DNA of 63,150 bases, filler included, from Choristocarpus tenellus KU-1152 (GCA_964200185.2; 12 parts of 12 records of this genome joined end to end with filler, not necessarily neighbours in it); one strand, 5' to 3'; shown: positions 1 through 14,399, counted from the whole stretch's first letter. The notes: generated by a model from the sequence alone, not told the origin. Numbers and translations are program-made.

Positions 1-1235
1 GAGACAGGAGCAACATAGGCGACATTGCCGCCGGTGTGGGTGGGGGGGGGGGGGGGGGGGGGGGGTTCGGAAAAGATAACTGCACTAGGAGGACTCTTGC
101 AAAGTTTCCCTCCGAGACTCTTGTGACATTGAACAGTAAGGGTCATTTCACATTAGTGTGTAGCATCAGCAAGTTCATCTCATCTCCACAGGATCGATCG
201 CTTCCAACACCTACTATAGAGACCTAAGACCAGCACACCTGTGAAACTGAAAAGGGGACAGCACCTTCCACCTATCGCCTGACAAAGGAGTGTGCAACAA
301 TATCACTCCTACACTAGACATGCTTCAGGGAGTACGTGTACGTCTCGCATCTCCCCAGAACACACCACCTATCACACCACCAAAAGAATACACAGCAGCC
401 CTTGTTCCTAGCTAACCCTTGAACAAAGCACTTCTGAACACAAATTATTATTTCTATTATTATTATTATATTATTATTATTATCATTATCACTATTATTA
501 TTACACCCAAGCAATTCCCTCTTGTTGATTTAGAGGACCATGTCCTGTAACCTCAACAAACAAACAAACCAAACTGAAAAAAAAACAAATTTATACAAAG
601 CACCGTTCAAGATCCCGCCAACTCCTGACAAGGGGGGTCAGACCACAAGGAGATAAAGACAAAGATGGAGACAAACCGTGATCCGCTTCAAACTGCAAAC
701 AGTCGTTTATATATATATTAATTGATATATATATATTAATTGATATATATATATTGATTTAAAAATATATTAATTGAAATATATATTGATTTAAAAATAT
801 CTTAATACCTACTCTATAATACTCAGACGCTGCAAATCACTGCAAGGCGCTGAGGCCCCCTAAGGCAAGGCAGTGGTGCACCCCAACAGAGCGAACCTTT
901 GCTTAAATTGCTCCCATTTGCATCCGCCATTGGCCAATACAGGACACACCACTCAATACACAGTACCTCTCCTTGTCATGCCTGAGGGGCATTAATGTGC
1001 ATGACAGTCCATCACAACAAAGCAGCGGAGAGCAGAGACCATGGCCCACTCTGGTGCAGTAGCCTTTTGCCTTCAAAAAGAGAGAGTACATGCGCCACTG
1101 ACCAGAGACCCTTCTATCCTTCTTCATCTTCTCACAACCCTCCTACTCAAATTAACGCCAAGGAAACTCATAGAAACCCTCGCTGCGCCCAGGTGGTGGT
1201 TTATTGGACGAGTCCAACCGAATTTATATGTCACC

Positions 1236-1375
1236 AACCCTAACCCTAACCCTAACCCTAACCCTAACCCTAACACTGACACAAGCACCTTCACCTTTGA
1301 AGCGAAACTCCAGGTACATCACTTTCTAAAACATCCCGACCAATCTCTACAATCCTAACCCTAACCAACCCTAAT
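1236..1375. repeat. Interstitial telomere-type (CCCTAA)n tracts flanking a ~80-bp spacer
   Basis: About 6 CCCTAA units at 1236-1273 and 2-3 degenerate units at ~1353-1375. Confidence 0.85.
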
Positions 1376-2079
1376 TCTCAAAGCGTGAGCGTTGCCTCTT
1401 GAAAAAAAAAAAAAAAAACCTCCAAAGGCAATACACCCTTCAAGAATTGGATCTTAGAGATCAACCTAGGTGGTCGGTCACACCTTCACAACAACCTCGC
1501 AACTTTGAATACAAACTCAACCTACCCTTCGCTGAACACACACGCCTTTCCATAACTCTCATTCCCCCAATAAACTGCATCGCACCCAACACACAGGACA
1601 CTACAGGACACCACGGGACACCATGGGAATCAGACAAACTGCAGGGAAGAAAAGATGTCAAACCCCAAAAAGAGATCAATTTTCGGAACAAGCTCCCTAC
1701 TACATCATGTTGACAACCTAATGTTGTTCACCATCCAATTAGGTGACCCCGGCCTTAGAAGAGTCTCCAATCTCCATGCAGATGAACCATGCAGCCAGCT
1801 AGCTACCTACATTGGGCACTCTAGCTATCATACTCGCTCTAAGATCTGCCAAACATCAGCCGTCAACCCACCAGGCTTCATTATTGATGTCTACATCTTT
1901 ATACTCCTCACTCACTCTCTGCTGTTCAGTTGCAAGCTCAACCTAGGTCATGTCAGGCTCAGCCTCTTGTTTGTTTAACTTGACCCTTCGCCTTCCTTGC
2001 CATCATCCCCCACATGAGGGATGGCATACCAGCAGAAGGGTCAACTTCATGGTCGCAATACATGTTTCAATTTCAAGGT

Positions 2080-2130
2080 ACTTCGACAGTTACTTCGACA
2101 GTTACTTCGATAGTTACTTTGACAGTTACT
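2080..2130. repeat. 12-bp tandem repeat (TACTTCGACAGT) x4
   Basis: Directly visible; units differ by single C>T changes. Confidence 0.8.
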
Positions 2131-3046
2131 CCTTGTGAATAAAAGGTGATGCCATCACTTGATTACACAGTATAAGCAGCACAAACACCCATTTAAAATT
2201 TTAAAATGTACTTTGTTAACATTTAAAAAAAAATACATGCGGCGAATGAATCGAGGCTTAAAATCCACCCTCTCTGGTAAGCACACCACACAGCAGACGC
2301 TCACACAAAAAACAACAAAAAACTAAAATCCAAAGGAGGCACCAAAAAATGATCCCTCGGTGCTTGTTTTCAGCTGATTGCGATATGATCTAATCGCAAC
2401 AAACATACTAGACACTCCACACCTCGTTGACTCAAAAGTGTACATACTTCGCAACAATTTTTTTTTAAATGCACTAAAACAAAATAAAACTGTTTGAACA
2501 ATCCACCCCTTCCATTTTTTTGTTTAGATTCTGACCAATTAATTGAGACATAATCGAGAACTGCAACGATTAAATCGTTTTGATTCAAATGGCCATAGAT
2601 AAAACCTCTATTAATACCAACCGCACCTACAGTACTAAACATGGTACAATAGCTCCTGCACTAATAGAAATGCAGTCACCAACACCACTAGAACAGGAAC
2701 ACTTGATTTGTACCTTCAACTACTCATCAGCAACAACAATATACAACTGCTAAGAAGGCAGAGAGGTGACCAGAGGGGGGAATATCAGCAACGATCCAGT
2801 AGCTGTGGATGCCATAGCCACCTTCCTGTTCAAAAGGTAAGGTGATCACCAAATTATTGCCCTCAACCTCACCAGTATAAGGACTTAGATGAACAAGTCT
2901 TACTTTCTTCTACAACTTCACATCACTCTCTCATACCACATACTCTTTGAATACACATCCAAACACACACCAATCTGCAAAACAGAATGCAACACAAAGC
3001 AACCCACACAACAACTCACACACAATGAAGCATCAAATAAACACAC

Positions 3047-4778
3047 CTCATGGCCCTTCCAATAAGCCGCACCAGCCCACACCCATCATACTTGAGGTCC
3101 CGCCGGCCTGCCTCCTCTGCTGTCTCCTTGGCACTCTTCATCAACCCCATATCTGGACTTCCTAGCTCCAGATCTCTACTATCTGGCGAAGAACTACCCG
3201 TGCTCACACCCATTGTCGCCACAACTGCCTTGCCTTCCTGTCGCTCCAGAGCACCCAGGGGCCCCACACCAGACAGGTGCTTTTCCTCACCCAGACCTAT
3301 CCTTGATGCCCCATGTCCCTGTATCAATTCATCCTTTACATCCTCCCCATCCTGCAAACCATCTCCCTCCTCTGGGGCTGGAAGGGGTGCATGCAGGGGG
3401 CTGCACCCTAAGGGTGAATACTGCATGTCTGTCTCACTAACCCTAACCCTAAATGCCTCTATGTCCGCTAAAGCTGCAGCCGCCATGGTCGCTTCAGCAC
3501 TTTGTGTCGCAGTTGCCTCCATCACCTCCTCCCCCACTGAACCCCCCTCAGGCAGCCCCGAGCTCTCCCCTCTCTCCATTCCTGGAAGCAGCAATGGCCT
3601 GGACCTTGTGGCAGCACGGGGATCTATCTCAGATGATCTTGGCCGCTTTGATCCTACCCTGCCTGAGACCCCCAATGAACCAACACTCCCTCCTCCCTTT
3701 GTGCCATCTGCAGTACTCCTCCTGCCGCTCCCACCGCGAGATGAGTCTATAGGGGGGGGGTTCTTTGCAAGGTGACACAATTCCTCAAGCGTAGTCTTCA
3801 CAACCCATTTCTTCTCGCCCCACACCCGAAGAACCTGAGTCAGGACAGTGCAGCCAAGTTACACCATGCATGTGCAAGGGGGTGGGTCAAGGGCCAGTCA
3901 TGGGGGATGAAGATATCACTGCTGCTACTGCCTCACACAGAGCTCTCACAGAGCTTTCATGTGGCAGCAGAAGTACAAACTACTACCCCTCTGTATCTGT
4001 ATCTTCTCCCCTCTTCATCAAATTGGTTCATCAGTCCATCCCTCCATTTCGTCCCTCCCATGTTATCTTTTGGTCTGCACCTGCTTCTTTATCTTCCCAT
4101 AAGTTTCCATGTTCTGTTTCCTCATGACCCAGGGGACCAGGTCCCTGAGCAAGGGAAGCCAAGACTTGAAATCAATGAGACGTTCCTTGGACCCCCTCTT
4201 GAACAGCTCATGGATGGTGTAGAGCAGACTCAGTCTTTTTTCTGAAGGTGTTGAAGACTTCTTTGTTTTCTTCGGTTGAGGGGTACAGCAGGAGCCATTA
4301 CAGGGTCTAAGAGTTAGGACTGGTAACTTGGAGGCAGGTGCAGAAGTTCTCGGTCACCACTATGACTTCAGTCACTATTGCATTGAGAGGTGGCCAGGGC
4401 AGGACTGAATATTGTCTGAGCAGTGACTGGTCGGGTGAACCAAAACAGGAAATTTCATGCTATAACGTTAAACTGCATTAGGGTATTCTACTCCGTCATA
4501 GAGCTCCCAAGACTGTGCTTGTGTTTGCTGCTCTCGAGAGCCAACAATGGCCAACGAGCGTAGCACGCTCGAATGGAAGGACAAATTGCACAGACTCTGA
4601 AAAGACTAAGAATCTTGTGGACAAGGAAGCAAGTTATGAATCTCACCTCCTGAACAGAGAGTATGATTCTGTGCTGGTTCTCCTCTCCTGGATTGCCCAC
4701 TAACCAGCTCCCGAGGGCGAGAATAGTCTTGGGTTCCCTGATATTCACCACATCCAGGATTTCGTCCAGTTGCTCCGT
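3047..4778 (-). CDS. Putative CID/RPR (RNA pol II CTD-interacting-like) domain protein, partial; exons 4778-4647, 4269-4081, 3834-3047
   Basis: Three AG/GT-bounded exons join in phase 0 to give TEQLDEILDVVNIREPKTILALGSWLVG...RIILSVQE|KTKK...KRLSLLYTIHELFK...GKIKKQ|VLRVWGEKKWVVKTTLEEL. This resembles the CID helical pattern (SIQ.LS.W; KL.LLYL.ND; V..IW.E+..F) and is followed by a low-complexity tail. The first and last exons are not firmly located (possible terminal exon 2825-2750). Confidence 0.6.
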
Positions 4779-6608
4779 CTGAGCAAAAAAAGGGGCGTGG
4801 TGGTTTTAGCGAATACTTCAGAGGGACCCTTATGAAGTGTATTTCTATCTTATCCCAAACACAGAACACCTTCACATTTAGTCCGTGTCTTAGTATATGT
4901 CCAGAATCCCAAGGGCGGGGCATTTCACCAAACTGGGCGAACGATCATGTGTTATTTGTCAAAATGAGGCCACTTTCCATAATGGGAGGGGATTTAAGCG
5001 AGAGCGGGAAAGTACTGGACTGCGCCTCCGCAGTAGGCAAATATTCCCCTGAATGATCAGGACAACGAATCCCGAGAAAACCACACCCCAGATCGGGATG
5101 GGTGTATCAATGGTGTTGATTAAACTGCATTGTTGGACATTACGTGGGAAGCGGTTGTTGCAGTCTGCGAATACTATACCATTACAGTCTTCCGTGGTGG
5201 GGCTACAAGCAGTATACCATGTAACGTGCAGGGCCGACTCTTCTTGCAACTTCCTTCACAGGAGCTAGAAGAAGAGGATTGCTATCACCCAAGGCCACAA
5301 GTAGAGGGCTGAGATATGCCATGTGAACATATGGCATTGGAATGGTGATGTGGCCACTTGCGACGTACCTCTGATTTATCAAAAGTGGGCATGTCTGGAA
5401 ACCACTGGGTTGGCACATCCACGGGCTGACCCCCTTGAGCTGGATGACCTCCCTCTATCCCCAATCCCGGCGCCCGACCCGTTGACCCAAGGCTATCATA
5501 AGATGCCATGATCTGTGCCAAGCAAACTACCTCTCTGGGGTGTCCAATAGACAACAGGGCAAGTAGTGTGCCTGTGTGCCCTCTCCTGTGTTGCAAGGAG
5601 TGTTTGAAGTACTGGGAGTGAGAGTGGAATTGGATGTGTTAATAGAAATCCGTCCATCCATCCGCTCAAATGAAACCACCTCCTAACCAAAACTTTCATT
5701 CTACACTCCACACAGGTTCGCACCGCAGGGGCAGAGTCGGCAAGGTCCCCAGACTCCATCCATGGGAACAGTCGCAGAGGGGTAAGAGATTGCCATCTAT
5801 AACGATCGAAGGGAAATACCATAAGCACTGTTGAGTTACTAACACACTCTTCAAAATATTAGGGGATTGGCTGGAATGTAATGACGGCTTACGGCAGGAA
5901 TTTGGCTTGTCAATATCTTCCTTCGAACTCAAATGCTACGATTTAATCGTATTCTCCTCTCCCTTCCACTGCTCACTTACGCGACTGAGGTATTGAGCCT
6001 GGGCTATGACTCTTGACTCCCTTTTTTCTATCTGTCTAAGGTGGTGATGTTTTATGTGTTAATCTTGACTAGACCGCAAGCGTGTGGGGTTTGTGGTGTC
6101 GTTCTTCCGAACCCCACTCATCGTCAGCTCTATATTTGCCAATGTAACACCCGAGCAAGCTTTCGAATCGTTTTAAACCCGCCTCAATAACAGCACTGGA
6201 GAAGAAGACAGAGATGCAGGCAAAACCAGTCCATGCAGAACGGCCAAGCCCACCTCATGTTCTACTCCCGCCTTAACCCGGTCAACGCGAAAGGCGCTAG
6301 GAAGAAGTCCATCGAGAAGATCAGGTGAGTATTTCACCCTTGTTACAGAGAGAAGTTCGTACATTTCCTTGATCTCGCAAACTCTGGCATGTGATTGTTA
6401 TGCCGGTTGAATTTCTCGTCGCACCTTACGGATTTTTTAGTCATCGTGACCAGGACACCCTCCTAAGTATGTGCCGAACCACGTACAAGTATAAACAAGA
6501 TAAGATTAGATATTATGTAGACTACCAACACTGTATGCCATACGCTAACGCGAAGCAGATACTTCTCAGTAGAGTGAGTAAGACTTCTTTCAATAGTCTT
6601 CGACTACT

Positions 6609-6861
6609 GAGTGAAAGTATCTTAGAGGATACGGGGTTTGCGCTGTTTGTCCGTTTGGGGCTTGGCTTCCCATGAGTTTTTTATTAAATTTTCCTACTCC
6701 AAATGAATTGGAGTAGGTTAAATACATTATAAAATGGTGGATCCTGGACAAGGATATTGACACTTCCTAACAAACACGATTGTCGAAATTTCATCAAAAT
6801 CGCAACATTGGATTTTGGTCCCCAAACGCACGCAGCGCTACCCTCTAAGATACTTTGACTC
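6609..6861 (+). mobile_element. MITE family A (~255-280 bp, TIR GAGTSAAAGTATCTTAGAGGGTA)
   Basis: Terminal inverted repeats, central CCTACTCC...GGAGTAGG hairpin, flanks TACT/GACT, homologous to the other A copies in the window. Confidence 0.85.
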
Positions 6862-7887
6862 GACTACATCCATATTTTCCATGGGATGTACAAATCATTT
6901 TTCACTTAAGGTCCCGAAGCGTTCCTTACTGACTACCCAATGTTTCATATATTTGAGTAGCACCACCAGCACACTCACTACAGGTGAGGAACCTTGGAAC
7001 GTTCTGCCAAAGCTGAAATCCCCACAAAAGTACACAACTTGTGCGTTCTACAAAACCAGCTCTTCAAGAAAAGAGTGCAAAGTATGGTCTTGGCGTCTAC
7101 TCTTGAGAGGTTCAATTTAGTGTTATGGCTACACCCTCAATTGCCGATTCCCATCATTGGCACTCAGTCATATGCCCAGAGCAGTCGTAGATATCCTGTG
7201 TCTGCTCCTGCAACTGGGACATGATTGTATCATGGACCTAGCGTAGGCCAAGCCCACTACAAATTATGTCCGTACCACCTATTCAAGGCCAGCAAGAATT
7301 TCTTCAAGCAAGAATTTCTTCAAGCAAGAATTTTTTCCAGCAAATGGATCATGTCCTCATCTTCCGTTACCTTGACACCTTCGTGCAGCTCAGCAAAAGT
7401 ATCCTTCACAGACAGCTCATCATCTCACCATCATTTACATCCTCACTTGATCCATCATCCTCCACTCACATCTCTGGGGCCCAGTGATTTTACATTAAAT
7501 TTCGGTTTAGTATGCAGTATGCCATGACCAACAATGAAAATGGTAATAGCATATATGGAATTACTTTTGTCATTTGATTGTGGTAAAAACATGACATCAC
7601 ACAGCTCCGGTAATTGCCAATTTCGAAGCCAGGGGAAAGAGAGAAATTTCCACATTAGTCAGTGGTTCGCCCAGTAGAAGGAATCTATTTCAAACATTGA
7701 GGTTGCCACTCCTCCTCTGATCTTGCTGTTCTGCATAAGGGAAATCCCTGCCTGGGGGAAGAGGGCAAGAAGGTAAAACAGCATTGTTCAATATCCCATA
7801 CACCGTGAGCAGCGCTTGGTGATGGGACACAGGGACTTAGTGAACTGGCATAAGTCTAGGTTTCCATCATCAATCGGGGATGCATCA

Positions 7888-8146
7888 GAGTGGAATTATC
7901 TTAGAGGGTAGGGCCGTGTCCATTTGGGGTCATAAATCCAAATTTGCGATTTTGATGTAATTTCGGCTATCATGTTTGTTAGGAAGTGTCAATATCCTTG
8001 TTCCAGACACACCTTTTCATAATGTATACATTTTACCTACTCTGAAACACTTCAGAGTAGGAAAGTGCTATTAAGAACTCCGTGGGAAGCCAAGCCCCAA
8101 ACAGACAATCAGGGCAAAACTTGTACCCTCTAATATACTTTCACTC
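7888..8146 (-). mobile_element. MITE family A
   Basis: TIRs and a perfect 3-bp TSD TCA/TCA. Confidence 0.88.
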
Positions 8147-8683
8147 TCAAACTGCTTCAATCAGAGGATTTGTTGAGGTTCTCACCGTACTTATCCTTCA
8201 CTAATCAATCTAAAGCTCTCAGGCACCACAGGTATTGCAATCAATCTGTGGCAGCTGTGATAGTTGCGGGTTTCTAGCCTCCTAATAGGAAGCTCGTTCA
8301 GGCACCCTACTGATACAGTGGGAGGACGCCAAGTACATTGTAATTCATGGGGTTAAGCGCTTGATCTTCACCGGGGAAAATCTCATTGATCTTGGCAGTC
8401 TGAAATGACCCAGCACTCACCCCACAACCCTAGCCCTCGTGGGAGGAGCTCCAGGCAGTAGCAAGATGATTTCAAGAATATCAACTGCAATATAAACTCC
8501 TGACGAAAGAAAGTCTCTAAGAAGTGAAAGCTTTGTACACTTGTTTTGGTTGGCCCAGAACAAAGGATTTTCATGGTTATTTCCCAATATTTGTGTGTAC
8601 ATATAGCTATCTGCCTGCACACTCAATAAGCAACTCTTGTAAAGGTAGTACTGTACTCTCCAAAGCATTTTTGTTTAATCTAG

Positions 8684-8953
8684 GATTCAAAGTATTTAAG
8701 AGGGTTAGGGAGTTTTGTCCTGTTTGTCCGTTCAGGGCTTGACTTCGCACCGGTTTTTTATGCCCTTTTTCGGTTTTCTGGGCGAACACAGTTACTTAAA
8801 TTGTATGCTACTATGCGTTAAGAAAATGTGTGTCCAGAGCAAGGTATATTGACCCTTCCTAACAAACGCGATAGCCAAAATTACATCAAAATCGTAACAT
8901 TGGATTTATTACCCCAAACAAACACGGCCCTGCCCTCTTAAATGGTTTGGCTC
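8684..8953 (+). mobile_element. MITE subfamily A2 (TIR GAGYCAAAGYATTTAAGAGGG)
   Basis: TIRs, 3-bp TSD TAG/TAG, 3' half homologous to family A. Confidence 0.82.
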
Positions 8954-10102
8954 TAGAAACCATATTTTGAATGCACTTCAGATGGACAAATCATTGCAAT
9001 GTGATCCTCATTATGGAAAAACAACTTCAACACAGTGCAAATAATACTAAGTGAAAGAGGAAACACAGAATGTATAACGCTCTTCACTGAAAGCTTCTAA
9101 TATGTATATATATATATATAGGTATAACTCATGTGTCGAAATCCACCTTCCTGGGCCCCCCTGCAACAAGCCACTGAATTCAGAACTCTGTCGAAAATAT
9201 GTTGGTGCAAACACTCAGAAAACCCAAAGTACATTCCCCCCAGTTTCCCCTACTAACATAAATGAATCTTTCCTCCTACTTCTCCGACTACCTATCTATG
9301 GTGCCAGTCATACCTCACTCTATCCCACTTGTGTATTCCTGGAACCTCTGTCAATTTCCTCTCCAGGCTTCTCCTCACCATCAGAGCCCCGTCGAGCAGC
9401 TTTTGAGAGTGGTAACCCCCGAGATGCATACTCTAGTGTGCACCACCTCAAGGGCAATCTGGAATCATTGTCCTTCGCCATTGGTCTCAGGGGGGAGCCA
9501 GGAACAGAAGGTGCCCTGGAGCGGCTACTTCCCATGCTCAAAATACAGCCGCGGCTGGAGAAAGAGGTGAGAGGATAGAGGTACAAAAGATGACGAAAGA
9601 GAGTCGTTCAAAGATGTTTCAAGTACTTGGCACCAAGGTTATCGCGGTACTGTCACCCTGCAGAAAACTATAGTCGTTGGCAGCTGCAAACAGTCTAGGG
9701 GGTGAATAAGAGTGATTTAGTGGCCGGGTGACCATGTCGTCCAAGAACCTTGTCCATGACGAAAAGGCAGTACAATTTTGTGGCGTGCATTTTTTTTTCA
9801 CTTCCTCCTTGCCGTGTAGTGTGGGTGACACCAAAGTGTTAGGGGGGTAGGACGGTTACAAACCTCACTGGTGTATTGTCCCCAGGGGGTGTTACACCAA
9901 TGACAAAAAAGAAAAAAAAGTTGTTTCCATAGCTTCCTTGCAGAACGCCACCCCATGGATATCCTCAGGATTTGGTGATGGAAGGACAGAGGTCGTCGAT
10001 GAGGTGTGGGAAGGCTTCTCCCATGGTGTGAGAAGCAAGGCATGCACAGAGGTAGAGAAGAGTGATCGTGACGTCCAGTCCTCAAATATAACTCGGTCAC
10101 CA

Positions 10103-10153
10103 GGCTGAAAGTGTCTGGGGGGGGGGGGGGCTACACCAGGGGGGCCTGGGGCC
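10103..10153 (+). mobile_element. Terminus of poly-G-containing TIR element (family D) at contig end
   Basis: GGCTGAAAGTGTCT-G(n)-CTACACCAGG. Related ends are at 16868-16917, 24309-24350, 27428-27496, 36116-36208, 43987-44004, 47069-47180 and 51746-51824. Confidence 0.7.
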
Positions 10154-10253
10154 NNNNNNNNNNNNNNNNNNNNNNNNNNNNNNNNNNNNNNNNNNNNTTA
10201 ATTAATTAANNNNNNNNNNNNNNNNNNNNNNNNNNNNNNNNNNNNNNNNNNNN
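10154..10253. other. Artificial contig-joining linker (N44-TTAATTAATTAA-N44); also at 13941, 16768, 24351, 27328, 36016, 40644, 43887, 46969, 51646, 56821
   Basis: The same 100-bp spacer, with stop codons in all six frames, occurs 11 times. Confidence 0.97.
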
Positions 10254-11310
10254 TCGCGTGTAACAACCGTTTGCACTTCGTTGAAATACAAGAAGAAATA
10301 CTCGCTCTATTCGCCTGTAACAAATATAGAGGATTGGGCGAAAAGGAGGTGGTATATATACACAACACAACATACGGGGTGATGACAAAACAAAAGACTG
10401 ACATCATCATCACTAAATGAGGTAGGTGCACGCCTCAAAATACTAGCAGAGCGTGCACATGGGCACGATATGACATCAAATAGGGCCTCATTTCAACCAG
10501 CTCCACACCACCAGTAACAAACTATACTATGCATGAGAAAATTCCACTTTTGTTCCCTCTCACAGAGCTGAATTGCCGAAGAGTATAATTTTTAGGAAAT
10601 GTCACTAGGATTCAATTGTCGACCTGAAAAGACCTTGTGTTCACTACAAATACTTGTACTTTGAATAGTAAGCACTAGGTCTTTGTTCTTGAAGTGTATT
10701 GTGAGTAATGGCCGATAAAAACTCTGTTTATAGATGCCAAATTCGTTGTGGGCGTGGTCTCGTATTACCTTCTCTCCGACATCTCTAGAATGTTGGTGGG
10801 CATGAAAGAATACACTAAATAGAGGACTATCAAAATCCAGAACATAATATATATTAATAAATCAATCTTCACAAACCCTGAGCCTCAAAATTCCTAGACC
10901 TTTCTTTCTCGAGCAGACATGGGTTAGTATTAGTCGTCCGTTTCAGACACATGGCAGATGATGGTGCTCCTGGTGGTGGTGAAGAAAGACAAATGAGTGT
11001 CAGTCAAATCTGTCGCTTCAAGGAGGTTCTTCACCTGGTGGGGGGCTTTCAGCCTTGTGGAGCTACACACTCTTACGCTTCAATTGAATATACTTCATCA
11101 AATAGATTTGTTAAACGATGCAGTAATCGAGAGGTAGTAGGCAAGAGTGCACTTCAAGGATCCCAAGAAAGGACAGTGATACAATGTTGTACAATTGTAG
11201 AAGCTTTTATTTTATTCTGGCGCCACTTTGTGTGTGGAAAGGAGGGAAAAAAATGAACAGTATTGTGGACATGGAACAATGAAACAGGGTAAATTGTTCA
11301 GGGTGAGTAA

Positions 11311-11550
11311 GAGCAAAGTAAACCAGAGATATTCAGGTTTTGGTCGTTTTCCATTTTTGTGCAATTCACCCATAATTTTGTGGATGACGAACTATGTTTG
11401 GGTTGAGAGCATTAGTTTTCTATATTGTTTGAAATTCTTCCATATTAATTCGGAAAATATCATGTACGCGTAAGTAAAAAAAACGAAGTTTGCAGTATTT
11501 GTCAATATCCTTAAAATGTAACTCTGGGTACCTCTCATCTACATTGACTC
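11311..11550 (+). mobile_element. MITE family B (TIR GAGYCAAAGTAAACYAGAGRTACCCAG)
   Basis: Imperfect TIRs; homologous to 21798-22059. Confidence 0.7.
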
Positions 11551-12661
11551 TTCGGAGGCTTAGGATGCAAAATACCTAAGCCTGTCTACCTTTCAATTCC
11601 TTCTTGACTCTTGAGCTAATTATGAAAATACTTTCGACTTCTTCTCATTCATATAACAATTTATAGGTAAAACGAAATTAGATATTCTGCGACTGTTAGT
11701 CTAGATGGATGAAGAAAGCTGTGGCCCCGTATATTTTAGGGCACACTTAAGTATTGCACGTATGTCATGAAGATATATTTTGATATTTTGGTGAAGTGCT
11801 TACTTATTTGTTGACATGAACCGACATGTAGTGTGCCACTGTGGTGAGACTTGTTTTTTCGTAATTCCTGTTGTCAAAATAGAAAATAAAAAACTAACCA
11901 AGCTTTTCCCCACAAAATATAGTGGCTTCAGATTTTCTCGATTGATCAAACAAATCCAGTCGATTCATTTGTCATGATTTGTAACACCTTTTCAAAAACA
12001 GTAGTACTACAGACTTTAAGGTCCCCATTCCTACATATAAAATAGCTCATGGTTCTCGCACAATGTCAAACTTGTCCACCCTTAACTCACAGTCATGCAT
12101 TACCGTAATACCAGTCTATCTCAATATGTCAGACTCAGACACATGCCTGAGCCTGCGACTCACCCAAAACACGAACTATTGTGACTTCATAGTACCTTCC
12201 TAGTTTGACAGATACATATTGAACCTTATCCAGAAACCACAATGAATCAGCTCCACCTACAAAAGGACTATTTTGGAGTACTTAACCACTGTCGTAGACC
12301 TGTACTATCCTGTTCTATTGCTGGTTCCTACTCAGTCGAACAGATGGACAATGGAAAACAAAGGCCAAGAAGTTACTCATCAAAAGGGTCAAAGACGACA
12401 TTACTTGCTCGTAAATTGTGTCTATTTCCAGAGCAACAGGTCTTGGCACAGTTGTTAACCCCCCAACAATTAAAAAAACTCTGTTATCTCTCTTACAGGT
12501 GCTGCAGTTTTCCCTGTCTACAGAGTCTCCGTGACAGGAAAAAGAGAGTATGTACTATTTATTTTAGTAATGAACCACAGTTACCTCCAAAATGTTATGA
12601 ATCCAAAATGCTTTTCGACACCATGCAGTATGCGCATATGCAGAAAAAGAGGGAGATTTGT

Positions 12662-12921
12662 GAGTGAAAGTATCTTAGAGGGTACAGCTTTTGTACTGTT
12701 TATCCATTTGGGACTTGACTTCCCATGGAGTTTTTTTATTACATTTTCCTACTTCAAAATGTCTTGGAGTAGGTAAAATGTGTACATTATGAAAAGATGT
12801 GTCCGGAACAAGGATATTGACACTTCCTATAAAATGCGATAACCAAAATTACATCTAAATCACAACATTGCATTTCGCCCCCCAAATGGACTCGGCTCTT
12901 GCCTCTAAGATACTTTGACTT
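12662..12921 (+). mobile_element. MITE family A
   Basis: TIRs and 3-bp TSD TGT/TGT. Confidence 0.85.
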
Positions 12922-14399
12922 TGTAGACACCACCAATGCAAGTCCCTATTTCAGATACATGATGGAGAAATACAACAAAGATGACTTGCCACCTATCCAT
13001 GAGAGGTCCTTGAAATGTGAGGGTCTTCATTCCTTCGTTGCCAAGTAGCTCCTAGGCCTCAGTAAGGGAATGAACAACACCCATTGCTGTCCTAAGAGAC
13101 CAATGCTGGCACGAGGTGAAACATCAAAAAATGAAAAAATATCCACTTGCTCAAGAATGCTGTGAGCATTAGCACATAAATAAGTGATTTACTATCTTCA
13201 CCATCATACTTTGAAATGATGGTGTTAGATACATCCACAAGTAGCAATGCCACTTCCTCCAGACAGGCTTTCACCCATTTGGACACTATGTCTGTTTACA
13301 AGATTTCCCAACACCATGGTTGCTGTGGTAGCTAGAATTTTCTTCTCAAAAGTATGAAAAACAGAGCGTCAGAGAAAACATACAACACTGCTCTGCACGG
13401 TAATATTACGTTCTATCACGATACTAGTGAGAAGACTTGGATAAAAATGAGCCCAATCAATTAGCTACTTCAAGAAGAAGAATGACTCCCTGATGCTCCT
13501 CTTAAGTACATATCCTTGCGGTAAATGTGAACTGTAGTGCCAAGAGAACCAATTCAGATTTTGGAGATGATCTCACCCCTGATCCAAATCCTTTGCCTGC
13601 CCAGTTCATCTCTCTACATGTGTACCAATCTTTGGTCCCCAGCGACTATTCTTTCTGCGTTCATGGCGATAAACATATACCTGTGGAAGCGTTGTAGTGG
13701 CAGCAGAGCTCGCAACTGGGCACGGCACATTCATTTCGTGTGTGGAAGGAAGAGTGTAGTGTGATGAGTACAGCTGACTGCTTGCCATGGGTACCTGTCG
13801 CTGGGGGTGGTCGAACCGGCATTTTGAGCCATAGGCGCACTTTCCTTCAAGACAGGTCAGCAGAGCGAGGAAGGGGGAAGCAATTTGTGGGGAGGCTACA
13901 GCAAATGGCTATTAGTGAAATAAAGATAGGGTCAAAGTATNNNNNNNNNNNNNNNNNNNNNNNNNNNNNNNNNNNNNNNNNNNNTTAATTAATTAANNNN
14001 NNNNNNNNNNNNNNNNNNNNNNNNNNNNNNNNNNNNNNNNCATTTAATCATGTCTACACAAGGAGATGTGATTCTACCTGTTCCTGTCGGGGGGCTATCT
14101 GTCCAAGAATTCCGACAGCTTATGGTGACGGTAGCGGATCTGTCAAGAACATTGGCAATCTCATGTTGCAGTCTGATAGAGTCGGCGATGGAATCATCCC
14201 GTCGTCCAGGCAGCTGTGCCCAGTACACGGCCCCCGACTGGGCAAGTACCAGTTGAAGTGGGTCCTATGGAACCCATGATGAGAGAAAATTTCCCAGAGA
14301 GGGGAAACAGTTCAGATGCTGTGAGCGTCAGAAGAGGGGCGAGTCGGAGGTCCGGTTCTTCGGAGAGCTTGGGGTCAGGCGCACATATTGTTCACCCTA

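Noticed and set aside
3050-3775. 241-aa plus-strand ORF
   Set aside because: Ser/Pro-rich antisense shadow of the minus-strand exon, which has splice support.
5900-6370. Candidate first exons of the CID-like gene
   Set aside because: Splice sites are plausible, but I could not build a stop-free, phase-consistent path to exon 4778.
10198-10209. Recurrent TTAATTAATTAA palindrome
   Set aside because: Always centred in N-runs; an artificial six-frame-stop linker. ORFs containing X or ending here are artefacts.
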